Shown piece by piece: positions 26,086-39,675 of a stretch of DNA of 64,000 bases; positions within the stretch are counted from its first letter, which is position 1, and the number at the start of each line of letters is the position of its first letter. The stretch is from Eledone cirrhosa (lineage: Eukaryota). Location: contig OZ024749.1 of the NCBI GenBank assembly GCA_964016885.1, forward strand, positions 27,466,001-27,530,000. The letters run 5' to 3'. A program made the position numbers and the translations under genes. The notes beneath the pieces are model-generated. The model saw only the letters and a program-made list of their open reading frames with translations, was not told the DNA's origin and searched no databases.

Positions 26086-27074
26086 GAAGAAGAAAATCTG
26101 TAAAATATTCTGCTTTTACCCTAGCATCAAATGGATATGCTATGTTCATGACCAGACAAATGGATATACTATATTTATTACCAGACACACTTTCTTCTTA
26201 GCAATGTCTACAATATCTAGCTTGTGCTGTATTTTCCTTTCAATTTGTATGGAAAAGTCCCATAACTCATGGATGTTATCTAACCATCTTGCTCAGGGTC
26301 TATACCTAGAATGACTCTCTGATCTCCGAACTACGCATTCTATCGAGTAACGTTACTTTAAAGACCCTTCAGAGGAACCCCAATTCAGCCGCTTGTATTC
26401 GCAATCATATTCTTTCGGTCATTACCCAAGATTCATGACCATAAGTAAGAGTTCGTCAAATACCGAAGATAGCAAGTTTGGTTTTTACACGTACCTTGGT
26501 AGGCACAAATATCAAAATGAAGATAGCAAGTTTGGTTTTTATACCTACCTCCCTAAAATTGCTAACCTTGAGCCTAAATTAGAAATTATTATTATTATTA
26601 TAAGGGCAGTGGCTGGCAGTATTTATAGTGTTGGACAATATGCTTTGCAGCATAGAGTTACGGCCCTTTATGCTCTGCGTTCAAATCCCGCCAAGGTTAG
26701 CTTTGCCTTTCATCCATACAGGGTCAATAAAATAAGTACCAGTTATGCACTGGAGTCGATTTAATCGATTTTCCCCTCCTCCAAAATTGCTGGCCTTGTG
26801 CCTAAAGTAGAAACATTATTAAGGGCGGTGAATTGGCAGTATCGGTAGAGGGTTGGACGCCATGCTTTCTAGCATAGTTACGTCCACTTACGGTCTGAGT
26901 TCAAATCCCGTCGAGGTTAACTTTGCCTTTTGTCCTTACGGGGTTAATAAAATAAAGTACCAGTATTGTACTGGGCAATTGCTGGCCTTGGGCCAAAAGT
27001 AGAAACAATTATTATTATGTAATGAAGTATGGAAATGTCATTAAACAAATCTTTTATCCATGCTGTGTTTGTAG

Positions 27075-27384
27075 GTTTATCAACATCGGTGATGAAGTCG
27101 CTCAGTTTGACAGTATATGTGAAGTACAAAGTGACAAGGCATCAGTAACGATAACGAGCCGTTACGATGGGGTTGTACGACGGCTTTATTACAACATTGA
27201 CGATGTCGCGAAGGTTGGTGCTCCCTTGGTGGACATAGAGTTGCAAGGAGACTCCACTACTAACGAACAAGTAGATACTTTTGATGAAGAAGACAGCAAG
27301 TCTGAGGAAGAAATTCGTGGACGACTCCAGGTGATGAAGACTTTGGCAACGCCAGCTGTCAGAAGGATTTCAATAGAAAAGAAG
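27075..27384 (+). CDS. DBT: DBT exon 4 (lipoyl-lysine and start of E1/E3-binding domain)
   Basis: [32 protein letters not shown]...[16 protein letters not shown]|gtgatt; EVQSDKA lipoylation motif; 310 nt. Confidence 0.97.
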
Positions 27385-28546
27385 GTGATTTTTCTTTCAT
27401 TCTTCTTCTCTTTCTACTTAGTTTTCTTCTGTCTTGTTCTTCTTTCTTTCATGTTTTTTCTTCGTCTTCATTTTACAACTTTCTTCCTCTTTTTGTTTTC
27501 CACTTCTTTTTTTCCTTTCTTTTCTTTCTTCCTCTGCCTTTCTCTCTTTTTCCTCCTCCTCCATCTCATCATCATCATCGTTGTCATCATCATCCTTTCC
27601 CTCTACCACATTATTATAACTGCCATATATGGAATGCCAGAGAGCAAGACAGTGCCAGACTAAACATTATTCTACTGTTTAGCTTCAGTGTTTCCTTATT
27701 TCTGTAAGAGTCAACTTCAATGTGTAATCCTTTCCTGGGGCAGTAAAATATTAAAAAATGTCAGACTGCTGGGAATCGGATCCAGTATCTCCTGTATGCT
27801 GGGTGAGCACCTTTCAAAAGATAAACTCGCTATCTTCAATTCAGTGTTTGTAGGTAGGTGTAAAAGCCAAACTTATTATATCTATAAAAAATGGCAGCCC
27901 TGTTGTTCAGGGATATCTGCTGGGAATCAAACCAAGTATCATTTGTATGCTGGGTGAGCACATATCAAATTTTCCAATGCTTCAACAAGTCAACTAAGTA
28001 TTCATCATCATCATTATCGCCACCGTCATTTAATGCCTATTTACCCTGCTAGCAAGTGTTGGATGGATCATTACAGACTGAGCTTGTACTTCTTCAGAGA
28101 TACTGACTTCTCAGATGGGCTGGGGGCTACATTTCACTTATATATATCTTCTGGATCACTCTATGTAATATATATGTGCAGTACCTAGTAGTTTTATTTT
28201 CTGTATATTGTACATATATGTAAGTTCTGGGCCACTCTATGTAATATATATTTGTGCGCAATACCTAGTAGTGTTATTTTCTGTGCTTTGTATATGTAAG
28301 TCCTGGTTATTGTATGCAATATATGTATGCAGTGCCTAGTAGTTTTATATTCTGTGTATTTCACATACACTTCAACATTTTACCAGATGCACCAGATGCA
28401 TTTTATCATGGCACCAGTTATCAATTATTTTCTACCAAACCTGCATATGTACCTGTCTGAAACATTGACTTTTACTTTTACCTGTTCTGGCTGAGGCCAT
28501 GCTGGGGCGCCACCATTATTATTAAATTTTGTTTTCATCTGTACAG

Positions 28547-28643
28547 ATTCAATTAAGTTCTGTGATTGGAACTGGTAAAGATGGTAGAATTCTCAAAGAA
28601 GATATCTTAAATCATATCGAAAACCTGAAACGAACACCACCTG
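28547..28643 (+). CDS. DBT: DBT exon 5 (peripheral subunit-binding domain)
   Basis: gtacag|IQLSSVIGTGKDGRILKEDILNHIENLKRTPP|gtgagt; 97 nt. Confidence 0.96.
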
Positions 28644-29632
28644 GTGAGTTTTAACCTTTTCATTACAATATTTCTAATAATTTTCAAGCAATTTTGAAAA
28701 CAATCAAGAATTTGGAGGGATTTAGTAATATAGTTAATTTACTCATTATTAAACTGGTGTTTTTATATATGCATTATGTATTATATATATATATATATTA
28801 TATATCATCATCATCATCATTTAATGTCTGTTTTCCTCACTAGCAAAGATTTGGACAGGTCTTCACAGACCGTGTCTGTACTCAAGTGGGGTTACTAACC
28901 TCATATAGGTTGGGGGCCAACATCTCACTTGCATACAATCCCACATTCTACTAAGTGTATTTATTATATTATATTATGTATACATATGTTATATATTTAG
29001 TTCTGTATAATCTTCTATTTTCTGTTATTTTTAACCCCCTGGTATATTATATTATAACACCCACCCAACTCACACTGTAAAGTAGTCGTGGTGTCATGAC
29101 ATAAAGCACCCAGTACTCACTGTAAATGTGGTTGGTGTTAGGAAGGGCATCCAGTTGTAGACACCAAGCCAAAATCAGTTCTGTATGAGCAAAACATGGT
29201 CATCTGCCCTCGACTTGCCGCAAATAGGACAACCTGTCTAACCCATGCCAGCATGGAAAATGGATGTTAAACGGTGATGATGATGATGATATACATTTTA
29301 TATTATATATATATACATTAAATATTTAGTTCTATTATCTGTTATTTCAAACCCCCTGGTATATTATATATTTATTACATCACATTATATTATATATTTA
29401 ATTCTGTATATTCTTCTACTCACTGCTCAGAACCTCTGATATGTTATATAGAGTACGAGGGTAGACTGAAAAGTTCATAGGCTGATTATGAAAGGAGTAA
29501 TGGTAGAACTGTGAAATCTTCCATGCATTAATTTCAACTCTTCTTATTAATAACTGCATTGTTTCTTTCCAGGGACAATGTTGAAAAATAAACCTCATTT
29601 TGTCATTCCCTGAGAGTATCTTGGTCAGCTAA

Positions 29633-29671
<39 letters not shown>

Positions 29672-30218
29672 ATTTTAAACGATATATAGATATATCAATT
29701 GAGAAACTAACCAGGCTTTAATACATATATACAAATAGAAACAAATACAATTTAAGGTGTTAAATAAAACATGTTATTCACATAATGAATAAGTTATATT
29801 TTAATGGTCGTACTTCCAAATATGACCATCCAATCACAGATAGATCTGTTTCTGATGACCAAAAAGAATTGGAAATTCACCATCGATTAGAATGATATGT
29901 ATTGATTAACCCTTTTGCATTTACATTACTCTATATATACTGTTGTATTTTTGTGGTAAAGGCTTTACCTCACATAATATTGAATCTACGAGATTTTGAT
30001 GTTATTTATTTTGAGAACAATATCTTAACTTAAGAATGAGCGGCCAGTTTGAACAGAAAGAGGTGAGAGAATTCTGGTCGGATACAGCCGGTTTAAGGGT
30101 TAAACCTAAAATTAAATTTTATATATATATATGTAAAAGGTAAACAGAAATAACAACACAATCGGTACAGTATATGGAATGAATATATTAGATTAACGCT
30201 TGAAATAGCAGGAAGAGG

Positions 30219-30255
30219 GTCTTAACGTTTCAGACGCTAGTCCTTCATCAGAAGA
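30219..30255 (-). ncRNA. Minimal type I hammerhead motif (Penelope type, vestigial palindromic stem III)
   Basis: TCTT-CTGATGA-a-GGAC tagc GTCT-GAAACGTT-AAGA. Confidence 0.7.
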
Positions 30256-30634
30256 AAAAATGAGAAATTAGATAGATTGAAGGGACGGGTGGGTTGGAAT
30301 TGGAAAAAATGTCTTTAGATAAAAATAACAGGTCCATTCATATTGCCATCTCTTGGAAAACTGTTGGTGCTGGCGTTTTGTGTATGATATATTTTTTTTT
30401 AGAAAAGTGGATGATGGAGCACGTCTGCCTGAAATGGAAAAAAAAAACATTTTGTATAAAGAGCTATAATTGTGCGTGCACATGTGTGTGTGTTATACGT
30501 CTGTACGAAGCTAAGAGGATATGTGTTTGTATATGTAAGTAAAAGTGTGTGTGTGTGCTTGTAAGTACGAAGATATACACACATATGTATTATATATTTA
30601 GTTCTATATATTCTTCTATTTTCTCTTATTTCAG

Positions 30635-30921
30635 AGCCTCTCGTAGAGACAGCACCACTTCCTGCAACTAAAAAACCAAAGTCTGTCCCGATAGCTCGAC
30701 CAGTTAAACAACTTCTGGACACAGTCCAAGAGGACAGCGTGGAACCTATACGGGGTATCCGTAAGGCAATGGTGAGAAGTATGAATGCCGCCCATGCAAT
30801 TCCTCACTTTGGTTACTATGATGATATAGACATGTCTAGTTTAGTTCAGTTGAGATATGATCTCAAGTCTGCTAGCAAGGCCAGAGGATTCAAGTTGTCT
30901 TTCATGCCATTTATTATCAAG
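30635..30921 (+). CDS. DBT: DBT exon 6 (linker and catalytic domain start)
   Basis: tttcag|PLVETAPLP...EPIRGIRKAMVRSMNAAHAIPHFGYYDDID...KLSFMPFIIK|gtttgt; 287 nt. Confidence 0.96.
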
Positions 30922-30940
30922 GTTTGTAGAATTAGTCTTC

Positions 30941-31406
30941 ACCGCCACCATCACCCCCATCACTATCACCACCACCACCACCACCACCACCCATCATCAC
31001 TGACACCACCACCATTATTATTACTGCTACCACCCATCATCACCGACACCACTATTATCACTACCACCACCACCACCACCACTACTACTACCATCACCAC
31101 TACTACTACCAAACATCATCACCGACACCACCATTATCATTACTACCACCACCACTACCACCCATCATTACTACTACCATGACCATCAGCACCGTCCCTA
31201 TCACTACTGTTATCACCGCTGCCATCACCACCAGTACCAACACCACTACCACCAGCACCACTATTACTACCATTACCGCCAGTACCAACACTACTACCAC
31301 CACCAACACGACCATCATCATTACCATCACCACTACCACCACCATCATTACTACCACCACCACCCATCATTACCATAACCTCAACCACCACCACTACCAT
31401 CACCAC
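30941..31406. repeat. (CAC/CAT/TAC)n low-complexity tract
   Basis: Mixed trinucleotide repeat; similar tracts near 7980-8125, 16265-16480 and 21785-21900. Confidence 0.9.
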
Positions 31407-31515
31407 TAATTAAATTGTAATTGTGAAGGAAACTTGTTAACTACACAGTCACATCTGTGTTATCTTTGATTCTATAAATTGTTTTAATTAATTCTGTTCC
31501 CTTTCTTCATTATAG

Positions 31516-31593
31516 TCCACGTCGTTAGCTCTGTTAGAATATCCAGTACTCAATGCTACAGTCGATTCCAATTGTGAGAATATTACCTACAAG
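31516..31593 (+). CDS. DBT: DBT exon 7
   Basis: tatag|STSLALLEYPVLNATVDSNCENITYK|gtttgt; 78 nt. Confidence 0.96.
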
Positions 31594-32147
31594 GTTTGTT
31601 GTTGTTGTTGTCATTCCTCATTTTATCCCTTCCTCACATTAATATATATATATATATATAAAGAATTTAGTTTTCAAATATAAAAACTGTAAACAATAAT
31701 TGTTTCTACTTTAGGCACAAGGCCAGCAATTACCCAGTACATTACTGGTACTTTATTTTATCGACCCCGTAAGGATGAAAGGCAAAGTCAACCTCGGCGG
31801 GATTTGAACTCAGATCGTAAAGGGACGTAACTATGCTGGAAAGCATGGCGTCCGACCCTCTACCGATACTGCCAATCCACCGCCCTAAACAATAATAAAT
31901 CAATATTTGGTGTGAAATTGTATTTGGTAATACTTTAATGAATTTATATATAGTTATATAATATAGAGAGGAGAATATACGTTTTTATGTTTTTTCACTC
32001 TAGTGGCCTTATAGCCCCTGTAATTGAAAACACACTCTTTTGTGTATTCTCCTCTCTCTATTGTATTTTGAAGAGCCTGGTGATTTTCCCTTGAGTTCCT
32101 TAAATTACAGGGATAAACATGAATCCTTAACTCCATTGTTTCATTTG

Positions 32148-32196
<49 letters not shown>

Positions 32197-32201
<5 letters not shown>

Positions 32202-32569
32202 GATATTAAACAAATGGAAACTATATTTATAAAACCATATTTATTTAATTATACATATTTCGGGGATACCATATTAAAAATATGGCATGCCTTCTTCAGA
32301 TAAAATACAATATATAAGCAGTTTTATAAATAATTTTGACGTACCATAAATATTGATCAACTTTCATGTAAGAAGTTGGTTTGGTAGTGAGATGTTTATA
32401 AATATTTAGTGTTAAGCACAGTACGTCAAAATTATTTATAAAACTGCTTATATATTGTATTTTATCTGAAGAAGGCATGCCATATTTTTAATATGGTATC
32501 CCTGAAATATGTATAATGAAATAAATATGGTTTTATAAATATAGTTTCCATTTGTTTAATATCGTATAT
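32197..32569. mobile_element. Inverted-repeat element (149-bp arms, 75-bp spacer) with hammerhead-like motif in each arm
   Basis: Arms 32197-32345 and 32421-32569; CTGAAGA-long stem II-GAAATATGTA at 32466-32514; unique tail to about 32653; flanked by (TA)n. Confidence 0.8.
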
Positions 32570-32650
32570 CTACTCCAAAACTTGTTGAGTGCTTTATATC
32601 AGTTATAAAATATTTACTTGTTGTAACCCAACAATTTTAAATAAAACTTT

Positions 32651-32681
<31 letters not shown>

Positions 32682-32688
<7 letters not shown>

Positions 32689-33006
32689 ATAAGAAACGGA
32701 GAATCAGTGGTGCGACGAATTAGAATTTATTAGACATATTACAATCGTTTCTCTGGCGACCAGCTCGAGGCACGGTCGATGCGATGATCGAACCTGACTC
32801 TGAAATCACAAGTTCTTCAGATACGTTTCCATATTTGGAAACTCTGCTTCGAGGGATTGAGACGTATCTGAAGAACTTGCGATTTCAGAGTCAGGTTCGA
32901 TCATTGCATCGATCGTGCCTCGTACTGGTCGCCAGAGAAAAGATTGTAATATGTCTAATAAATTCTAATTCGTCGCACCACTGATTCTCCGTTTCTTATG
33001 TGATAT
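32682..33006. mobile_element. Inverted-repeat element (148-bp arms) with extended-stem-II hammerhead
   Basis: Arms 32682-32829 and 32859-33006; minus copy ACGTAT-CTGAAGA-(about 60 nt)-GAAACGATTGTA-ATATGT at 32734-32826; tail to about 33082; flanked by (TA)n. Confidence 0.8.
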
Positions 33007-33644
33007 TATACTCTGCTCTGTAAGAGCATTGAATGCTCAAACGGCCTACCACATACAGACGCTTTAAGCATCCCACACCAAATATATATATATACGTGTG
33101 TAAATGTATTTGTGAGTTTTATTTCGAATAATAATAATATTCGATTCATTTGCAAGCAGACAGCCTCATTAAGCTATGCTTTTTAGATCAGAGGCCCCCA
33201 ACCACTGAGCCATGGATCATTTGCTACCAGACTACAAAGAAATAATTAACTTGTTTAAAATTATATAATAGATAGATTGAATATTGGACTTTAGTTTAAA
33301 TATTCAATATTCATCTATTTTAATAAATTGTTCTTTTTATTATTGCTCTTTTTATCGAAATGCACTTAAATAACACATGTGCAACTACCGGTCAGTGGAA
33401 AGATTGTCCGACATGAAGCCGGTCTGTGGTATAAAAAAGGTTGGAGACCATCATCATCCTCTTGTTCTAGTGGTTCCAGAGGGAGACAATCGACAACGTT
33501 GTTTCTGGGTTATTGTCCTTCGTCAAGATTAAGTATCTCTTACTATCACTTATTAGCAGTGGATGAGGGGGCTCCGAGAGCATAGAAGCTAAAATAAAGG
33601 CAGGATAGAAGAATTTTAGAGAGCTACTACCTCTGTTCACAGCA

Positions 33645-34110
33645 AAGGGTTTCTCTTTATGAATGAGAGTTTGGCTATATGACGCCTGTGTTCAAAGTGC
33701 GTTGTTGCATGGTAGTGAGATATGGGCAATGAACGTAGAGGATATACATAGGCTGGAGAGAAATGAAGCAAACATGCTTCGATAGATGTGCAATGTCAAT
33801 AAGTGACAAAGGCAAATCATCGGGTGAACTTAGAGTGAAATTGAATATAAAAGGAACCAGATGTAGTGTGCAGGAAGAGGAGACTGTGATGGTATCGACA
33901 TATGGTGCGCATGGATGATGATTACTGGGTAAAGAAGTGGCAGGAAATCCCAATGGAGGGAAACCACGGTAGAAGACCAAGAAAGACCTGGGCAGAAGTG
34001 GTGAGAGCTGATCTCAAATTGCTGAAGCTCAGGAAAGAGATGACAAAGGAATGCAATGAGTGGAGGAAAGATACTGTTCTGAAAAAGACCTTGTCCATAC
34101 CTGAAACTGG
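33645..34110 (+). mobile_element. RTE LINE 3' fragment
   Basis: Frameshifted LYDACVQSALLHGSE...LERNEANMLR...RMDDDYWVKK...GRRPRKTW. Confidence 0.8.
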
Positions 34111-34411
34111 TATGATTTTAAATGATGTTGATATATATGTAGATTTTTATATATATACACACACACACACACACACAGAAACACATACACATGCATGCTT
34201 ACATATACACACACAAATACACTCTTCCATTTTATCTCCACATACCTATCTTTTCTGTATATATTTTTGTGTCAGTCAGTCTGTCTGTCTGTCTCTCCAT
34301 CTGTCAGTCTGTTGGTCTGTCTCTATCTTTCAGTCTGTCTGTCTCTTTCTCTCTCTCTCTCTCAGTCTGTCTCTCCATGTCTCTCTCTCTCTCTCAGTCT
34401 GTCTCTCCATG

Positions 34412-34442
<31 letters not shown>

Positions 34443-34503
34443 GCCTTCAGCAAGTTTATCAGCAATGTCCCTCATTACAATATCCTTTTGTCTCTCTGTG
34501 TAG

Positions 34504-34695
34504 GCTGCCCACAACATTGGGGTTGCAATGGACACACCCGATGGCTTGGTCGTCCCTAACATAAAGAATGTGCAAAGCCTGAGTATTCACCAGATAGCCG
34601 AGGAATTGAACCGACTTCAACAACTCGGCAGCAAGGGAAAACTTGGTACTGCTGAACTAAAGGGAGGGACATTCAGTCTTTCAAACATCGGAAGT
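34504..34695 (+). CDS. DBT: DBT exon 8
   Basis: gtgtag|[24 protein letters not shown]...[11 protein letters not shown]|gtaagt; 192 nt. Confidence 0.97.
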
Positions 34696-35116
34696 GTAAG
34701 TTGATCTTCTTTCATCATTGTATTATTATTGTTGTTGTTGTTATTGTTAAATAGATGACGATATATTGGCTCTCTCTCCCTCTTTCTCTCTGCATATCAC
34801 TTCTCTCTCTTTCTCTGCATATCACCTCTCTCTCACCTTGTATCTCTTACTCTGTATATCTCTCTCTCTCTCTCACCCCTCTCTGTACCTGTCTCTCTCT
34901 CTCTTTGTATGTATCTCTATATCATTTTTTCTCTCTGTATCTCTCTTTCACTTTGTATCTATCTCCCCCTCTTCCTCTCTTTCCATTTCTCTATCTCCTC
35001 TCCTCCCTCAATCTTTATCTCCCTCTCTTTTCCCCTTTCTATCCTCCTTTTCTCCCTCTTTTGTTTAGTATCTGTTTTACAATATTCTCCAAGTGAAATC
35101 ATATAACCAGATATTG

Positions 35117-35149
<33 letters not shown>

Positions 35150-35529
35150 GTTTAACGTCCATCTTCCACGCTTGCATGGGTTTGGACGGGAGTTTTCCCA
35201 CTTGAGGCAAGAGTGGTTGTCTTGCTCGCATAGGACTGTCTGGCGGGTTTTCTACGGCTGGATGCCCTTCCTAACACCAACCACATTTACAGTGTGGACT
35301 GGGAGGTTTTTACCGTGTTACCTACACAGCCACATTACAGCGTGGACTGTGTGTTTTTTTATCGTGACACCTACACGACCTCATTTGTTTCGGGCTGGAT
35401 GTTGTGGTACCAACATAACTTTACATTGAATGGGGTGGGGGTAGTGGGACGGATGTGTATTTTGTTAGAGGTGCCTACTGACTGTAGTAGGTTTCACTTT
35501 GTACTTAGGTAAGCGGGTCTTCTCTATTA

Positions 35530-35925
35530 CTGTGTAGCGCCAAAATCTCGGTCCAGTGACATTGTCTTGGAGAGGTGTAAGTGTGTGAGGTTGGAATTTA
35601 TCAAGTCGTCCCAGGTTTTTCTGGGTCTGCCTACTCCGTGGCTACCGTCTATTTTTATTGCCCTGCACTTTTTTATACAGCTGTCGTCTTTCATGCGCAT
35701 CACGTGACCATACCAACGTAGTCTTCTCTCGAGTAAACAACATCTGATCCCTCTTATTTCTAATTTCTCCCTTAGTTCGTTTGTTTTGCCGTTCACGTAT
35801 ATTACTATTACACATCCAGCGGAGCATGCAAGCTTCGTTTCTCTCCAGTCTGCATATATCCTCTGTTATATATGTTATGCTGTAAAAAAAATACATGCAC
35901 CAGTAGAGTTTCACTGTGGTGTTAT
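35530..35925 (-). mobile_element. RTE LINE 3' fragment
   Basis: RLERNEACMLRWMC / ERRLRWYGHVMRMKDDSCIKKC...GRPRKTWDD. Confidence 0.85.
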
Positions 35926-36411
35926 TATTAGTCATATAACTAATTCATTCCTTGGTTGGTTTAGTAACCAGTTGCTTATTTAACTGTCAAAGCTCTTTTG
36001 TTACACATTTTCTGGCCTTCTCAATCAATGTGTTAGCTTCCTTGTGTCTTCTATTCATTTTGTTTTTGTTTTATTTACTCCACACACACATAATATATAT
36101 ATATATACTGTAAATGTGGTTGGTGTTAGGAAGGGCATCCAGCTGTAGAAAACCCGCCAGACAGTCCTATGCGAGCAAGACAATCACTCTTGCCTCAAGT
36201 GGGAAAACCCCGTCCAAACCCATGCAAGCGTAGAACACGGACGTTAAACGATGATGATGATGATGATGATTTTGAGTATATGTTGGTTGTTTACCGACAC
36301 CTCAGTATGCAGATTGGAGCACTCTCAACGAAGTACGCAGGTTGGTTTGTTTACTCCGGAGTTAAGTCAAATATGTAAAATTTGGCTTCGTTTATTACAA
36401 ATTATAGATAT

Positions 36412-36466
36412 ACTGCTATATATATTTCGGTGACAGCCATCATTGGCTGTGACCTCTTCAAGCAGT
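36412..36466 (-). ncRNA. Hammerhead motif with TTGAAGA core, paralog of 49888-49942
   Basis: ACTGC-TTGAAGA-GGTcACAGCCA atga TGGCTGTcACC-GAAATATATATA-GCAGT. Confidence 0.6.
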
Positions 36467-36876
36467 CCGAATTGGTGTGGGAAAGACAGGTAGACATGTT
36501 GTTGAAGTGTGTTTTATTCCGTCAATCCATTGATATGTCCAGCTCCTGGTAGTGTTGTTATTTCTCTTAGGAACTGGGATCATATGATTCCAGTTCCTAA
36601 GAGAGCTTACTGCATTTTCAATGGACTTTGTATTCTTTCAGTTCAAAAGTTCAAGTTTTACATACAATCATCATCATCATGGTTTTTACAACCGCTTTTC
36701 CATGCCTGCATGGGTTGGACAGAGTTTATATATATATCATCATCATCATCATCACCATTTAACATCCATTTTTCCATGATAGCATGGGTTAGATGAGTTG
36801 TCCCATTGTGAGACATGTCAGATCAGATGATCGTGTCTTGTTCATATAGAACTGTTTCAGGCTTGATTTATATATA

Positions 36877-36910
<34 letters not shown>

Positions 36911-37103
36911 CAAATATAAATATATTAGACAAAGAGAAGTGTGTTACACAGTGAGATGTGTGTAAAGAATTATTACAAGTGATTTTTACCGTTACTGTAT
37001 GGAGAACAATATCTACAGGTTTAGCAATTAAATAGAAAAAAAAACTAAGTCAGAATCAAATCTCTGAAGCAGAGTTTTAAATTAATAACCTTATAACTAT
37101 AAG

Positions 37104-37179
37104 TTTGCTGATACGAATCAAGTTCGTTTCACCACAGAAATGTGCAGTATAACAGTCCACAGAATCCTCAGTCAGCAAA
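37104..37179 (-). ncRNA. Type I hammerhead ribozyme motif
   Basis: TTTGCTGA-CTGAGGA-(GU-rich stem II)-GAAACGAA cttga TTCGTA-TCAGCAAA: 8-bp stem I, 5-bp stem III. Confidence 0.75.
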
Positions 37180-37615
37180 TGTGGATGCTGTTCACGTCAA
37201 ATCTAGCCTCATGGATAGAGAGAAAGCTAATATACACACTGCCCAGAGTAGGGCGAAATCACGTGTTATTTGCATCAAATAACGGCTCTCATGGATTGAG
37301 GAATGAACTAATATTATTATTACTGTGAACTGCGGAATACTCTTAATTCCGATCTCCTTATACTATATATATATATAATTGTTTCTACTTTTGGCACAAG
37401 ACCAGCAATTACCCAGTACATTACTGGTACTTTATTTTATCGACCCCGTAAGGATGAAAGGCAAAGTTAACCTCGGCGGGATTTGAACTCAGAATGGCAA
37501 GGGCCGTAACTCTATGCGTCAAAGCATGGCGTCCGACCCTCTACCGATACTGCCAATCCAATATATATATATATTATGTGTATATATATATATATATATA
37601 AATATATATATATTA

Positions 37616-38388
37616 TGGGTACACAAGAGATGTAGCGGGATAGCAGGCAAACTAACAGGTAGGGAGAAATATGTATGCAGTAGATGTACAGGGAAATTAG
37701 ACAGTAGAAGGCGCATTGATAGACACATTTTTCAAATGCAGGAGGGCGCTATAGAAGTGGTGGATAGCTTCCGGTGCCCAGGAGATCAGATTAGCATGGG
37801 AGGAGGGTGTTCCGAGGCCATAGTATCTAGAATAAGGACGGGTTGGAAGAAGTTTAGGTAGCTGCTTCCTCTGCTGTCGAAGAAGGGTTTCTCCCTGCGT
37901 ACGAAAGGCCGGTTGTATGATGCCTGTGTGAGGAGCGCGATGCTGCATGGTAGTGAGACATGGGCAGCAACTGCAGAGGATATGCAATGGCTGGAGAGAA
38001 ATGAGGCAAGCATGCTCCGTTGGATGTGCAGTGTAAATGTGCGTGAGCAACTCAGCATGAATGTGTTGAGAGAGAAACTGTCTGAGAGGGATAGAATGTA
38101 GTGTATGGGAGAGGAGATTGAGGTGGTATGGACATGTGATGCGCATGGAGGATGACCGATGGGTGAAGAAGTGCCAGGAAATGCCAGTTGAAGGAAGACG
38201 TGGTAGAGGTAGACCACGAAAAACATGGGCGTAGGTGGTGAGAACAGACCTCAGATCGTTGAAGCTCACGGTGGAGATGACGAAGGACTGTGACGAGTGG
38301 AGAGATGCTGTGCTGAATAAGACCCGTCCCACCCTTGCAAGCAGGGAAAAGCGGACGTAAAATGATGATGATGATGATGATGATGATG
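37616..38388 (+). mobile_element. RTE LINE 3' fragment with (GAT)n tail
   Basis: WVHKRCSG...RIRTGWKKFR*...LYDACVRSAMLHGSETW...LRWYGHVMRM...GRGRPRKTW; ends gcggacgtaaaat(gat)n. Confidence 0.9.
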
Positions 38389-38398
38389 ATATATATAT

Positions 38399-38597
38399 AT
38401 AGGAATGAGTAGAACCCCGACGGCTGAGCTCAAGCCGTTTCGACGGCTAATTCTGGACTCCAGTCCAGAATTAGCCGTCGAAACGGTTTGAGCTCAGCCG
38501 TCGGGGTCCTACTCGTTCCTATTACCCACTCTACTACTCTAAGTATTGAGTACTTTCGTGCGTTATAGTCCATCTGGTTCCTTACCACATTTCCTTC

Positions 38598-38600
<3 letters not shown>
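38399..38600. mobile_element. Palindromic element (about 61-bp arms, 2-nt loop) plus tail; carries only the 3' half of a hammerhead
   Basis: Centre 38460/38461; GAAACGGYT tgagctc AGCCGTC stem III; solo relatives near 14945-15055, 58310-58452 and 58917-59055. Confidence 0.75.
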
Positions 38601-38645
<45 letters not shown>

Positions 38646-38786
38646 GTATATATATATATATATATATATTATGTATATATATATATATATATATTATGTA
38701 TATATATATATATATATATATTATGTATATAAATCAGGAAAGAAGGTTTACATGGTTTGCTATACAAAAAAGTTTTTAATCACATA

Positions 38787-38892
38787 GCTTACATTTGTTT
38801 CACTGAACTGGTATGTCTAGAGATCGCTATCCGCCTAATTTTGCGTCACTCGATCGCCAATACAGAATTATAACCAGTCAGATCTTCGGAGC
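38787..38892 (-). ncRNA. Hammerhead-like motif, CCGAAGA core with long stem II insert
   Basis: GCT-CCGAAGA-t-CTGACTGGT...ACCAGTTCAG-t-GAAACAAATGTA-AGC; same core and stem I as 13438; host element has about 35-bp inverted repeats near 38728 and 39117-39151. Confidence 0.6.
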
Positions 38893-39326
38893 ATGCGAGA
38901 ATGAAGAAAATACACAGGCAAGAAAATAAAAGAAAATATGGAGTAGTTATGGCATTCAATTAGAACAATAAACAACAACAATTATTACAACAATGCTATC
39001 AATAAACTATTTAAGGAGACCCTGACATTACTTAGGTGGGGGGTATATAATGTATCTAATGTTACGGCGTGAAAACCAGCTGTCATAAGGCAGGTTTACA
39101 TAGAAAGAAGGTTTACATAGCAAACCATGTAAACCTTCTTTCCTGATTTATTATTACTCCAAGTGTTTACAACATAGGAATTACAGCATACCCGCAGCAT
39201 CACTATGAAAACGCCTTGTTGAGTCAAACCAAGCCAAGCGTTAATATCATCCACTACCTGGAATACCATAACTGGACTTCACCTAAGTGGACTGAATTTA
39301 ACTATTATTTGTTAATCCGTATATAT

Positions 39327-39357
<31 letters not shown>

Positions 39358-39408
39358 TATGTATATATATATATATTATGTATATATATATATATTATGT
39401 ATATATAT

Positions 39409-39675
39409 ATATTTATTAAATAACAGATTAAAGTTTAAACAAAGAATCGCTGCTTTCACCCTTAACGGGATCTTCTGAAACTAACAAAGTCAATCTGTAA
39501 ACGCAGAACTGGATATTTCAAAAAACGTTGCAACGATACTTTGGTTCGTGGAACGTTCGCTGGCTAAGAACGGGAAAAAACGTTTACAGATTGACTTTGT
39601 TAGTTTCAGAAGATCCCGTTAAGGGTGAAAGCAGCGATTCTTTGCTTAAGCTTTAATCTGTTATTTAATAAATAT
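39409..39675. mobile_element. Inverted-repeat element (95-bp arms, 77-bp spacer) with CAGAAGA-core hammerhead-like motifs
   Basis: Arms 39409-39503 and 39581-39675; AGTTT-CAGAAGA-t-CCC gttaa GGG-t-GAAAGCAG cgattct TTGCTT-AAGCT at 39602-39652. Confidence 0.8.

Noticed and set aside
27022-27663. 213-aa ORF as a lipoyl protein with a hydrophobic membrane tail
   Set aside because: Only 27075-27384 is exon; the tail is T/C-rich intron read-through
29852-29880. CTGATGA-ccaa...ttgg-AAA hammerhead candidate on the plus strand
   Set aside because: No stem III and no stem I partner could be found
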